From: Octopus sinensis
Taxonomy: Eukaryota
DNA length: 64,000 nucleotides
Assembly: GCF_006345805.1 (NCBI RefSeq)
Contig: NC_042999.1
Span: 130,634,001-130,698,000 of the forward strand
Reading direction: 5' to 3'
Shown here piece by piece: positions 1 to 12,357 of this stretch. The notes under the pieces were generated by a model. The model did no database searches, was not told the origin of the DNA, and saw nothing but the letters and a program-made list of their open reading frames with translations. How positions within the stretch are numbered: position 1 is the stretch's first letter; each line of letters begins with the position of its first letter. Made by a program: the position numbers and the translations under genes.

Positions 1-201
1 CCTATAAGTTGTTTGTATTGTCGTGTGGAGATGAACAAATGTATTACCAAACAGCACGAATGGCAAGTATGTGCGTGCACATGCATACATTCACACACTA
101 CACACACACGCACAGTCGTCTAAGAATGCATAAGTCACAAAAATAGGCACTTATATATTTGTCAATAGAATGGGTATATTAAATAAAGTATTCAGCATTT
201 G

Positions 202-403
202 TTTCTTTATTACCCACAAGGGGCTAAACATAGAGGGGACAAACAAGGACAGACAAACGAATTAAGTCGATTACATCGACCCCAGTGCGAAAGGATGAAA
301 GGCAAAGTCGACCTCGGTGGAATTTGAACGCAGAACGTAACGGCAGACGAAATACGGCTACGCATTTCGACCGGCGTGCTAACGGTTCTGCCAGCTCGCC
401 GCC
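202..403 (-). mobile_element. tRNA-derived SINE, family A (GGCGGCGAGCTGGCAGAA head)
   Basis: Minus strand has a tRNA-like A/B-box head and the central GTCGACTTTGCCTTTCATCCTTTCG motif. It is flanked by a ~21-bp TSD TATATTAAAYAAAGTATTCAG (175-195 / 405-425). More than 15 related copies occur in the window. Confidence 0.9.
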
Positions 404-443
404 CTATATTAAACAAAGTATTCAGTATTATAATCATCTGCTA

Positions 444-559
444 CAGCTGATCTTACCAATCGGTTTTGCACTGATTATTAAAAGGACACGCGGTTTTACT
501 CAACCATACTCTTACCTGGTTTAAATACCCAGTGCGAAACTAATTGCTAAGATTGGTTA
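444..559. mobile_element. small MITE-like inverted-repeat element
   Basis: Imperfect ~30-bp terminal inverted repeats (ATCTTACCAATCGGTTTTGCACTG / CAGTGCGAAACTAATTGCTAAGAT), bounded by TA. Confidence 0.45.
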
Positions 560-1119
560 TAATCTATAATACCTTGATTAAAATATACGTATATTTGTGC
601 GCACGCGTGGTGTGTGTGCGCGTGCGCGCGCGCTTAGCAAACGTACCAGCATAACAGAGACATAAAGAGAAGGTGGAGAGACAGGAAGTTGTCTTCAGGT
701 ACTTTCAATCTTTGCAACGTAATTGCAACAGAGCGTGATTATAAATATGTATTTAATGTGTATTATAAATCAGCCTTGTGGAAAGGGCAAATAAACTGTT
801 ACTGGCGTTAAGAAATTTATATGGCAGCATAAGATTGACAACCGGAACTTAATTACAAAAGTGCAGTGTCGTTATGAATGATTAGCGAACTCGAGTGAAC
901 TTCCTCTCTCTATTACATTTAAGTACTTACGTACGTAACAGGTAACAGCTAACCTTTCGGCGCTGATTTGGACCCCGTTGTGTTTACCATTCTAATTGGT
1001 TGGTATTGGCGCAATTTGTCTATTACTCTATCGTGCGCCAGTATGCAACCCAACCAATCACATCCTTCAAATAAGTCAGGTGAGACAGTCTGTTCCAACA
1101 ACATTTGAGCCTACCATCA

Positions 1120-1545
1120 GCTATAAAAGCTCACTTCCTTCTAGTCTCAATGTCTGTTGGTTCCCGACCTTCTAAGGTCTAACCACTGACCACATTGCAG
1201 CGACCTCCATCTTCGTTGCCACCATCATGTCTCTCACCAACGTCGTCAACAACATCTACACAGCACCAACATACTGCACTGGTTCTAACATATCGCTGTC
1301 CGCGAGCTTTCTTCACCAGGGTTAACAGCTAACATACAACCCACGCAATTGCATGTAGATATAGGAATAAATATCCATCAACCACTTCCATTCAGCTTGT
1401 GTATATATACGTGTGACCACAATAAACTATTTAAAGTTATCACCTTTGTTCCATGCATTTCTTTACCGGGTTCCTACCACAATAACATTACAGCCTCTGA
1501 GCGGAGTCACATTGGATAGAACAACAACCTATCCATCTAAAAATG
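1120..1545 (+). mobile_element. LTR-like interspersed repeat
   Basis: Contains CTATAAAAG and AATAAA; 1382-1542 is visibly homologous to 44317-44487. Boundaries are uncertain. Confidence 0.4.
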
Positions 1546-3069
1546 AATGCATTTATGTAAATAACATACGATATATTTGTAGTAGATTTTGCAAGCATGA
1601 AGTGGATTCGATCCACCATAGCCAAATTTAAATTAACATTGCAACAGAACTTTTCCCACGATGGAACAATGTTTTTTTCTCTGACAGCAGTTTTACATTT
1701 TCCAGATGCCTTTAGTTAGGCCGAAATAATGTCTTCACCACTTGACCCTTTCTAACCTCTTCTACTTCACCAAAAGCTAGAATAGAGATAATAAGACCAC
1801 CAACTAAGTCTATTGTTCTCAATGAAATATCTATCCTTCTAGACAGTTATAAAAGCAAGCATATCCCAAGCAAAAATCAGTTAGTCACCAGTCGGTGACG
1901 ACTGAATCAGGTTAGTCACATCGTGACGACTCTTAGGGAACGGACTGCTAGAATCATGATCTCAAGGAATACCTCTACTAAATATAATGGTCAGAAAGAG
2001 AAATGAAAATTACTGTCAGCAACTGTGAGACAACACCCTACAATTCTCTCTAGCTCTAATTCTGTTCTCTTACAACAACATTCTATCGCTATCTGTGGAT
2101 TACTTCTAACTATGCGTATACGCCAAACTATGTAAAGAAACATTCTACCGCATCTAACTTTCTTTCGCATGCTTTTGGATTGATCATAACCTGCTCGTCG
2201 AGGCAAGATATTGTAACGTGACGGTAAATAAATATTTTCCTAAAAACTTCATGCATTGTTCATCTTTCACATCGTACAACTTGCAATAATAACAACAAAT
2301 TTCTCCCGTTACAACCGCTGACTATCAACATATCATAATATTGTTTACCAATCAATTTCTCCAGCTACAAACTTCACTCGTTACATTACCAACAACTTAG
2401 TGACTCCCGAACAAGAGAATTGCAGCCTTTCCAAAAACCCTAACCGTTACATATTAAATATGCATACGTGTTTTGTCTCTGTGGAGGAGTGAAGAGGTAT
2501 GTCGCTTTACAAGGATCAACAGAACTTGTCTGAAGCGAGGGAGGTGGAGTAGCGTGGGGACCGGAGGTTTTTATCTGATTCTTAGGACCGACTGACCCGT
2601 GCTCGACTAGCGTTGGCACGGTACCCTTCTCCGTTTCGGTCTTCGAAGGTCTCGTTCGAATATTTACTACTGTCACTGAGATCCGCACCCGCGGTCGGTT
2701 TCACCGTAGGATCAAGCCGGCGGCTTCCATGCTCGCTGCTGTGCCCTCCTACTCGACCGGGTATCGGAAAATCGCCTCGCCAGCAATCGCACAATCCGTT
2801 GCCCGCCCTTTCCGGCATCGGTCGCTCGACGAAGGAGAAGGGAGGCCAGCGCCGTGACCTTGCTAAGACCACAAAGGGAGAGTCGCTCATCCAGGTAAAT
2901 GGGCGACTTTGAATTGGAACAGAAGGATAGTGATCATTAGATTAGGGGTGACGTATAGAGGAGTGAAGGGAGGCACAGGACCGGAAACTAGGGGAAGTGA
3001 CGTCACGTCAAAAAATGGGGCATTTGAATAGTCTCATCATATCTACACGCGCGCGCTTATATACCTTTT

Positions 3070-3242
3070 ATCTTTACTTGTTTCGGTCATTAGATCGCGG
3101 CCATGCTGGGGCGCCGGTATATAATTTTAAGAAGCTTGGTACTTTTTCTATCAATGTCTTTTGCCGAACTGCAAAGTTACAGGGATGTAAGCAAACAAAA
3201 CGGTGGTGGAAGACATACACATCACAAAGACACACACACACA

Positions 3243-3284
<42 letters not shown>

Positions 3285-3561
3285 ACACACACACACACAC
3301 AAACGCACACACACACACACGCATACACACACAAATACACACATACATACGCACACGCACATATATATATACATATACATATATATATACATATACATAT
3401 ATATAAAACAGGCTTCTTTCTGTTTCCGTTTACCAAATCTGCTGATAAGGTTTTGGTCAGCGCAAGGCAATAGTAGAAGACACTTGTCCAAGGTACCATG
3501 CAATGGGATTAAACCCCAAACCATGTGGCAGGGAAGCAAGGTTTTTACCATACAGCTATGC

Positions 3562-3565
<4 letters not shown>
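3070..3565 (-). mobile_element. tRNA/CORE-type SINE, family B (head + internal CA/TA microsatellite + tail)
   Basis: Head at 3410-3565 with a CORE-like ACCTTGGACAAGTGTCTTCTACTA on the minus strand, an internal microsatellite, and a tail at 3070-3225. The same layout recurs at 9765-10045 and 63330-63680. Confidence 0.8.
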
Positions 3566-3604
<39 letters not shown>

Positions 3605-3606
3605 AA

Positions 3607-4304
3607 CTTTGTGAGTTGGTTTAGGCAAACACTATCTGAGAGAGATCTTCTTTAAGTATTAGAAATAGCTGAAGAAATTTCTTTAGCTGCTATTTCTAAT
3701 GAGTTCAGTATGTGGCAAAGTAATTTATTTTACTAAGCCCTTATATATAATGTAATATTTTGAATTCGCCTAAAATGGTCCCTTTACATACTGAATACTT
3801 GGTGAAATTGATTAATAATTAATTAATTTTACCCTCAATTGTTGAAATTATAATTCATCTCTCTCTGTTAAATGCTACGGTTTTCACCGTTAATACATGG
3901 TGTTTGTCAATTTTAACCCACGCTGGTGGAAAGGGGAGAGCAGAAATTCTTCGCTTGCATATTCGGATTTGATAGCACTTTTAGTTCGAGCAGAATTCTA
4001 GAAGTGATAAGAAGCCGAAAGGGCATGCTCCCAACTTTCAGTGTTCCCAAATCCGATTCAAGGAATTCTGAGCTGACGAAAGAAATGTCGAATTGACTAA
4101 TCTAGAAACGTACGTTCTCAAATAACCTTTGCACTTGATTTTTAATGTTTTTTCCCCCATACCTTTGTGAGTTGGTTTAGGCAAACACTATCTGAGAGAG
4201 ATCTTCTTTAAGTATTAGAAATAGCTGAAGAAATTTCTTTAGCTGCTATTCTAATGAGTTCAGTATGTGGCAAAGTAATTTATTTTACTAAGCCCTTATA
4301 TATA

Positions 4305-4306
<2 letters not shown>
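3607..4306 (+). mobile_element. non-autonomous Penelope-like/retrozyme-like element, partial tandem (556-bp period)
   Basis: 3607-3751 is directly repeated at 4163-4306 (one 1-nt indel). A hammerhead lies just upstream of the second copy, and both ends are embedded in (TA)n. Confidence 0.75.
4069..4120 (+). ncRNA. minimal type I hammerhead ribozyme
   Basis: Stem I TGAG/CTCA, core CTGACGA (4073-4079), stem II AGA..TCT with inner GTC/GAC hairpin, GAAAC (4105-4109), palindromic helix III AACGTACGTT. Predicted cleavage after GUU at 4116. Confidence 0.8.
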
Positions 4307-4338
<32 letters not shown>

Positions 4339-4358
4339 ACTAAAACTATATGTATGTA

Positions 4359-4393
<35 letters not shown>

Positions 4394-4587
4394 GTATATG
4401 TATATATGTATGTATATATATATATACATATATATGTATATATATATGTATATATATATATATACATATATATGTATATATAACGGGAAACTTTATGAAA
4501 ATAGACAAAAGACGAAGGCAGGTGGAAAACAAACAAACAATTGTATTAGTATGGCGCTCAGGAAATATAAATAAAACAAGTCTTTGT

Positions 4588-4795
4588 GTGTTTCCCCCTG
4601 CCATCGCTTGACAACCGACGCTGGTGTGCTGGTATGTCCCTGTAACTTAGCGGTTCGGCAAAAGAGACCGATAGAATAAGTACTAGGTTTACAAAGAAAA
4701 AGTTCTGGGGTCGATTTCTTCGACTAACACGTTCTAAGGTGGTGCTCCAGCACGGCCGCAGTCAAATGACTGAAACAAGGACAAGAATTAAAAAG
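4588..4795 (+). mobile_element. SINE family B 3' tail
   Basis: CCCTGTAACTTAGCGGTTCGGCAAAAGAGACCGATAGAATAAGTACTAGG...GCAGTCAAATGACTGAAACAAG, matching 62340-62550. Confidence 0.8.
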
Positions 4796-4827
<32 letters not shown>

Positions 4828-4964
4828 TGTATGTATGTATGTATGTATGTATGTATGTATGCATGCATGCATGTGCGTATTTCTATCAATCGCAGCTGTA
4901 AAATAATTTGAGGATGCTGCATTGTTGTGTTTTTTCTCTCTTTCTTTCCGACAAATGGTTTCAA

Positions 4965-5186
4965 TATTACGGAGATGTACTTGCATAGCAAGTGACCTGA
5001 TCTGAGATCGTGTGCTGGAACGAAAACAATTGCAGCGTGGAAGGTGTTTATAAGCCATTTAAGAAACACACAAAAAACCGTTAGATTCACTTCAACATTT
5101 AAATTTAATTTGTCAAAATATTTTCATCGCTTTGAGACCGCGACCTGTTCACTGACAAGGCCTATAAACACCTTCCACGCTGCAAT
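4965..5186 (-). mobile_element. Penelope-pLTR-like insertion with short inverted copy
   Basis: Bounded by a 9-bp direct repeat TGGTTTCAA (4956-4964 / 5187-5195). 5028-5056 is inverted at 5159-5187. The minus strand carries a hammerhead followed by ATTAAA. Confidence 0.7.
5110..5158 (-). ncRNA. minimal hammerhead ribozyme, G3-C8 core variant
   Basis: Minus strand reads TTGTCA-GTGAACA-G-GTCGC-GGTCTCAAA-GCGAT-GAAAATATTT-TGACAA. It has a 6-bp stem I, a 5-bp stem II, GAAA and palindromic AATATT, with core GUGAACA in place of CUGANGA. Confidence 0.65.
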
Positions 5187-6614
5187 TGGTTTCAACAGTT
5201 TTCGCAAAAAGATTTAGAAGAATTAGAAGAGAATTCTGCAGTAGTTTTCTTTCATGTTTATGTTCTGCGGTTATTTTCTTTCATGTTTATGTTAATTTAA
5301 GAATTTTCCAGCGAAATCTTATAAAATGACAATGCTCTAAAAGATCTACATGTTTGTATGCTATATATGAAAATGAAGAATAAACAACCCATTTACTACT
5401 TCATCAACGAATAACAGAAAGGAACCGAGGAGAGATAATGTTTAACATTGAAAACAATGAAAAAACATAACATTTCTTGGATTTTCTAATTTCCATCTGA
5501 CCGAATTCGAGAATTGCTATAATCCCTTTGTTCGTAAAAAAAAAGAAGAAAAGAATACTAATAATTAAAGTTAAAGTTTCGGTTATTAAAGCAAATAACA
5601 TCAGTTGTAAAATCCTCCGTAAATTTACAACTTCGACATTGTTGACTTTTTTCATCCCTCTGTAAATAACTCCATTGCTTGTAATGGAGTTAAATTTCGC
5701 TAGGGACCACATAGGTAATTCAGATATCAAAATAATCTCACACGTCTGTAAATCACTGATAACTTTCGATGATTACCCATACATTAGAAAAAGACTGCCA
5801 TAGTAACTTAAACATCCTTGAGCTAGAGACACAGCATCAGAATTTGCCATTATTAGAGTCTCTGGCTTCCTTTTTCTTCACTATGTATTTCATAGTGGAA
5901 GGTTAAAAATATAATCTTTGTTTCTTTATTTTCCACATAAAGGTTAATACGTTTTATTGTTTTTAATTGCTTCTAGAGATCTGTTAACTTCATACAGCCC
6001 ACAGTATACGTCAATAAAACTTTAATTTATGGTTTCATATTGTTCATGTATTTACGTCGGAATATTGTGATTTATGATGCGCAAGATAAAAGGCAATACA
6101 AATAAAACTGAATAAGTATTTGAGACTCCAATATTTCAATACATTCATATTTTTTGAAAATATTTCCTTTAAAATATACTTGCCCTGTTTTGTTTCAAAT
6201 ATTCTTGTATTTTAATAAATCAGTTCTACATATAAAAATAATACATTGGAGTTATTGGAATTTAATTATATTTTTCTCGTGTGTATAGTATATATGGTAA
6301 TGTGGATTTCACTTTCAAATGTTATAGGGGTGTGCCTTTTGCAACAGAGCCCTTGCCATTCTGAAAGTTTGTACACGTCTCTGCTACGATTACCCGAAAA
6401 ACAAACTCGCTAATGATACAACTTGCAGTCTTGTCAGCCAGAAATTCCTTTGGAAATTGTTATATGATTTTAAAGTATTGTTCTACCTTATCACTTTAAA
6501 TTTTTTATCTGCTGCCAATCAAATGAACTTAAAATTATCGATTTCGCTATTCTAAGCTGGAAATGAAATTTAATGAGACTATTATTAATTTAAGTTATTA
6601 ATGTGCACATCCAC

Positions 6615-6698
<84 letters not shown>

Positions 6699-6723
6699 TA
6701 ATAATTATAATAATAATAATAAT

Positions 6724-7090
6724 GCCCTGATGCAGTACCAGACAGTGGCTCTCATGGCTTCTGATCTTAACTGATTGGAAGTGTTATCATGTACATTGTT
6801 TTGTCTTAGTATAAAAGATGGGCTACAGCAAATATTCTGCTCAATACCATAGATTTGCTTGTTAGTTGTTTGACCATAACCAGTTGACCATGTCCCTTAG
6901 TGGATGACGATATGTGCATCTCTGATCACGAGCAGAAGTAGTGGGGGAACATCATAGCCATGTGTTGAGAGGGATTCTTTGGGGTTTGAATAATTCACCT
7001 CTGGAAACATGGATGTTTCATTCAACATCCTTAAACAACTCTTATTCAAGGACCTTTTGAGCGGGATGGGTTACTCGACCAGAAGAAAAT
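6724..7090 (+). mobile_element. (AAT)n-embedded non-coding interspersed repeat
   Basis: Starts directly after (AAT)n at 6617-6723; reverse-complement copies at ~25860-26075 and 33427-33893. Confidence 0.8.
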
Positions 7091-7504
7091 AATAATAAAT
7101 ATCATACTCCAATCAGGAGCAAGTTAAAGATTAATGAAAACCTATTTGTTTCGCAAAAATTCAACAACAGATAAACGATTGCACGAAAAACATCGCATGA
7201 AAGCATAGTGAATTGTGTATCATAATACTGAATACTATTCACTATCAAAATATAACAGCTGCATTAACGATGGCCACCTTAAGATGTTATGCGAGGATCT
7301 AAAACGAAAATAAATTCATACTTTTACAAGTTTCAAGAATTCTACTTGACTCTTAAATCTGAAATTTGAGTAGTGAATACACTTCTCAAACACTAACTTG
7401 CTGATGTTTAGCAATATTCCATCTGTAACAAACCCACATTATTATTTCTTCACTCTAGTCGAGGCTATGGGTGTTCTCCATCTCAGAACTACTACTAATA
7501 ATAA

Positions 7505-7717
7505 TGGTTTCAAATTTTTCCACATGGACCGCAATTTTGGAGGAGGGGATAAGTCGATTTTATCGATCCCAGTGTTTCACTGGTACTTGATTTATCGACC
7601 TCAAAAGGATGAAAGGAAAAGTCAACCTCGGCGGAATTTGAACTCAGAACGTAGCAACAGGCGAAATATCTCTAAACATTTCGTCCAGCGTGCTAACGTT
7701 TCTGCCGGCTCGTCGAC
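7505..7717 (-). mobile_element. SINE family A
   Basis: Same head and central motif as 202-403, followed by a (TAC)n/(CAC)n microsatellite to 7882. Similar copies at ~9100-9309(-), 20212-20412(-), 28780-28988(-), 43873-44080(-) and 51465-51670(-). Confidence 0.85.
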
Positions 7718-7726
7718 TTACTACTT

Positions 7727-7768
<42 letters not shown>

Positions 7769-7810
7769 TCACCACCACCACCACCACCACCACCACCACC
7801 ACCACCCACC

Positions 7811-7881
<71 letters not shown>

Positions 7882-9764
7882 TAGTTGTGGTTACTAAATA
7901 AATCAGGAAATAAAAAATGAAAACACAGATGACATACTTTTTTCATAACAGCTTTATCCCACCCAAAATGCATACACTGTCTATTTTTTTTTAATTTAGA
8001 AAAAAAAAAAAAATAGCGGAAACAAACTGTTCGACTACTTAGTGTAAATTTCCGGTGCCTGGAAGTTTTAAAATATTTTAATGGGAGTCTCCAAATTTAC
8101 TCTCTTAAAGAATTGATACAAATTACTCTTTTAAGTTTATTTTAAGTATAAGTACGTCATAACATACTAAAATCTCAACATTTTATATACAACTGGAATG
8201 TATTGTAGACGGTGGTGATGAATAAGCCAAAAGCTTGTTCTAAACTTCTATTTTTTATTACAATTTTTTTTATATATGTTAAGATTGTCACATTGTTTGC
8301 AACGTTGAATTTATAATATAATCAAATTTTAGACCTGTTAACTTTGCGGTTCCCAGTTTTAGTCTTAAATGTAACTATTGTCGTTAATGCCTTTTATAAA
8401 CAACAGAAATCAATCAAACCAAGCGTTGAATAGTGAACCAAAAACCCGTGCCTTATTCAAGATTTCACTTTTCTCATTCATATCTTTGTTTCAATATATG
8501 TTCGATACTTCAAAAGATATTCCAGAAGATATCGGTAACATTCTAGCTTCAGCAACAGTAAAAAGCTTTAAGATATAAACTAACGCTCGAGAACGATCAA
8601 AAATGTTTTTGAATTGGGGTGACAAACTAATGCTTAACATGCAATTTAGTGTCGTAAAAAAGTGAAAGTAAATGCGCCGGAAGTGACATTAGTGGAATTA
8701 CACAATTTCATAATCACTAGCACCCATTTTTCACGAGCATTTCTGAAATAGCAGCTGGGGCACATCACTGCAACGTAGTATACATAACAACGAACGTGAG
8801 TGTAAAGCCACAAGGATGCGATAGGCATTCGATAGGTAGGTTTCCTATGTTAGTTTAGGCCTTCAGATATAGTTGTGAAGTTGTGAAGCATTTAAAAAAT
8901 GTTGTTGATCCAACAATGAGGGCATATATGCCATCGAAGGGCAGGAATACTCACCAAGAAGAAACTCAGGTGACAATACGGAACATGTGATGCTTTATTT
9001 ACTTCGAATCTATATGAACATATGTAGTAAAATAGGTTCAGAAACAGTGGGAAAATGCTACATGTACACTTTATGAATCGTTTTTATGTTATATGATTAT
9101 GTTTTCAAATTTTGCTACAAGGGCAGCCATTTTGGAGGAGGGGATAAGTCGATTATGTCGACCTCAGGGTTTTACTGGTACTTAATTTATTGACCCCCGA
9201 ATGGATGAAAGGCAAAGTCAACCTCGGCGGAATTTGGACTCAGAACGTAACGACAGGCGAAAATACCGCATTTCGTCCGGCGCGCTAACGATTCTGTCCG
9301 CTCGCCGCCTTTCCATGTTACATAATTTTAATGAAATTATGGTATTACCCTGTCGTCACTTCCGGTTTCTATCGCAATTTACTTTCACTTTTTGTGGACA
9401 CTAAACAGCATGCTAACTAAACTAATTCTTAATGTGCGGCTAAATCTGGTAGAGTTCACGCTTAGCATATGTAACGAATCTTTGAATACGTAGAAGCATC
9501 GCTTCAACTGTTTCAGAATCCGTCAAGGGCAAACTAAACAGGCGTAGCACATCCAGCATCTACAGGAGATTTTGAACACTGTACTGAAGTCTATTAGACT
9601 ACTTAGTAAATTTAAAGGGGCAAAGCACATTCATACAGTTCTACATACTCCTGAAAAGATGGGATGGTCATGGATGGAGAGTGAAAAAAGTAGTTGATGG
9701 TTCAGTATCCTGTGAACTCAGCCAACCTCGCTCTCATACAAAGAGTATCTTGATAATTGGTCGG

Positions 9765-10045
9765 AACCGCTAAGTTACGGGAACGGAAACACACCAACAT
9801 CGGTTGTGAAGCAGTGGTGGGGAGACACAAAGTAACACGCACACACACACACACACGCACACACACACACATATGACAAGCTTCCTTCAGTTTCAGTCTA
9901 CCAAATCCAAATCCACTCACAAAGCTTTAGTCAGTCCGAAGCTGTAGTAGAAGACACTCACCTAATGTGCCACGTAGTGGGATTGAATCCAAAACCATGT
10001 GATTGGGAAGCAAGCTTCATACCACACAGTCATGCTTGCGCCTAT
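9765..10045 (-). mobile_element. SINE family B
   Basis: Tail GAACCGCTAAGTTACGG, then (CA)n, then head at 9875-10045. Confidence 0.75.
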
Positions 10046-10056
10046 AGTTCTTATAC

Positions 10057-10749
10057 TTTTGTGATGTCGGGCGCGAAAATACCTTAAGCTAAGCCTGAAA
10101 ACAATGAAGTCATAAAAGAATCATCCATAACTTGCAGTAAGCAAGATTTATTAAAATAAAAGTATTCAGAACACAGAATAACATGTAGCAAAAACAATTT
10201 GCAAACATATTTACATTCCCATATAACAGTTAAGAACATCACCATTATTATATTACGCATGCGCGGAAGTGTTTGTTCGACTAGATACTGCTGGCTTAAT
10301 TACGCACGATGACGGAGATTTACACTACAATGATGCTGACATGTTTACTGAGGAACAAATGGAACAGTTATTTGATGCTGAAAGTGACGTTGAATTTGAA
10401 GGATTTGAATAAATGGTTTTGCTTTTGCTTTTGTAACTGATAGTGATAAATATGTAAAGGCAATTTACTTAATATTTATTTTTCACTGGCGTTATTAATG
10501 TTATTTCTTTATTTTCTTCAAACAAAATGCACAAAAAAGCTACACGTTTGCATTATGTTATATATACAATAACAATAAAGGACGTTACCGTATTCATTTT
10601 TACAAATCATGGACTTATATAGACCTCCTTGACTCAAGTTAGAGAAAGGGTGCATATTATACACAAGGTTTAAGTTTTTCAGAGATACAGCCCCCTACAA
10701 ATCCCCTGCGTATTATACTCAAGGGTGAACTATACTCGAGGATTTACGG
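10057..10749 (+). mobile_element. pogo/Tigger-type non-autonomous DNA transposon (right part)
   Basis: Right TIR TATACTCGAGGATTTACGG-TA; homologous to 56042-56564. Retains an acidic transposase C-terminus DDGDLHYNDADMFTEEQMEQLFDAESDVEFEGFE* at 10308-10412. Confidence 0.75.
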
Positions 10750-10875
10750 TACAACAATTACAATGAACGTTAGTTATATATCTTCTAAATGTTTATATAT
10801 ATTCTGTTACAGATAATCTATAAACATGAAATCTGGTACCTCATTTGCTTCCTAGAATAGTTTATTGTTGTTAAC

Positions 10876-12357
10876 TCTTCTTCTTCTTCTTCTTCTTCTT
10901 TTCTTCTTTCTTCTTCTTTCTTCTTCTTATTCTTTTTTCTCTTCTCTTCTTCTTCTTCTTCTTCTCTTTCTTTATTCTTTTTTCTTCTTCTTCTTTTCTT
11001 CTTCTTTCTTCTTCTTCTTCTCTTCTTCTTCTTTCTTCTTCTTCTTCTTATTCTTTTATTCTTCTTCTTCTTCTTCTTTTCTTCTTCTTCTTCTCTTCTT
11101 CTTCTTCTTTTTCGCTTCTTCTTCTTCTTCTTCTTCTTCTTCTCTTCTTCTTCTTCTCTTCTTCTCTTCTTTTCTTCTTCTTTCTTCTTCTTCTATTCTT
11201 TCTTCTTCTTCTATTCTTCTTCTTCTTCTTCTCTTCTTCTCTTCTTTCTTCTTCTTATTTTCTCTTCCTTCTTTTCTTCTTCTTTCTTCTTCCTTCTTCT
11301 TCTTCTTCTTTTCTTCTTCTTCTTCTTCTTCTTCTCTTCTTTTCTTCTTTTCTTCTTCCTTCTATCTCTTCTTTCTTTCTTCTTCTTCTCTTCTTCTTCT
11401 TCTCTTCTTCTTCTTATTCTTCTCTTCTTCTTCTTCTTCTTCTTCTTCTTCTCTTCTTCTTCTTCTTCTTCTTCTTTTCTTCTTCTTCTTCTTCTTCTTC
11501 TTCTTTTCTTCTTCTTTCTTCTTCTTCTCTTATTCTTCTTCTTCTTATTCTTTCTTCTTTTCTTCTTCTTCTTCTTCTTCTACTTCTTCTTCTTCTTCTT
11601 CTTCTTTTCTTCTTCTTCTTTTCTTCTCTTCTTCTTCTTCTTCTTCTTCTTCTTCTTCTTTTCTTCTTATTCTTCTTCTTCTTTATTCTTCTTCTTCTTC
11701 TTTTCTTCTTCTTCTTTTCTTTCTTTTTTCTTCTTTCTTCTTTCTTCTTCTTCTTCTTCTCTTTTCTTATTATTCTCTTCTTCTTCTTCTTCTTCTTCTT
11801 CTTCTTTTCTTCTTCTTCTTTTATTCTTCTTCTTCTTCTTCTTCTTCTTCTTCTCTTCTTCTTCTTCTTTTCTTCTTCTTCTTCTTCTTCTTCTCTCTTC
11901 TCTTTTCTTCTTATTCTTCTCTTCTTCTTCTTCTTCTTATTATTCTTTTCTTCTTCTTCTTCTTCTCTTTCTTCTTCTTCTCTTTCTTCTTTTCTTTCTT
12001 CTTCTTCTTCTCTTTCTTCTTCTCTTTTTTCTTTCTTCTTTCTTCTTCTCTTTTTTCTTCTCTTCTTCTCTTCTTCTCTTCTTCTTCTTCTTTCTTCTTC
12101 TTCTTCTTCTTTTCTTCTTCTTCTTCTTATTCTTCTTCTTTCTTCTTCTTCTTCTTCTTCTTTTCTTCTTCTTCTTCTTCTTCTTCTTTTCTTCTTCTTC
12201 TTCTTCTTCTTCGTCTTCTTCTTCTTCTTCTTCTTCTTCTTTCTTCTTCTTCTTCTCTTTTCTTCTTCTTATTCTTCTTCTTTTCTTCTTTTCTTCTTCT
12301 TCTTCTTCTTCTTCTTCTTCTTCTTCTCTTATTTTATTCTTCGTCTCTTCTTCTTCC
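10876..12357. repeat. ~1.5 kb imperfect (TTC)n / (GAA)n microsatellite
   Basis: Directly visible; it accounts for the spurious 527-aa and 139-aa ORFs. Confidence 0.98.

Noticed and set aside
2997-3624. HT/YI/CV-rich ORFs here and throughout (e.g. 16.7-17.3 kb, 39.6-40.2 kb, 55.5-56.1 kb)
   Set aside because: Dinucleotide and tetranucleotide microsatellites lacking stop codons.
4482-4587. Unique-looking insert in (TA)n, possibly a Penelope pLTR end (similar at 22229-22300)
   Set aside because: No ribozyme, repeat partner or TSD is visible in the window.
5404-5730. 108-aa ORF, faintly like a CACTA/EnSpm transposase segment (NGVIY..KKVNN)
   Set aside because: Too degenerate to assign without a profile search.
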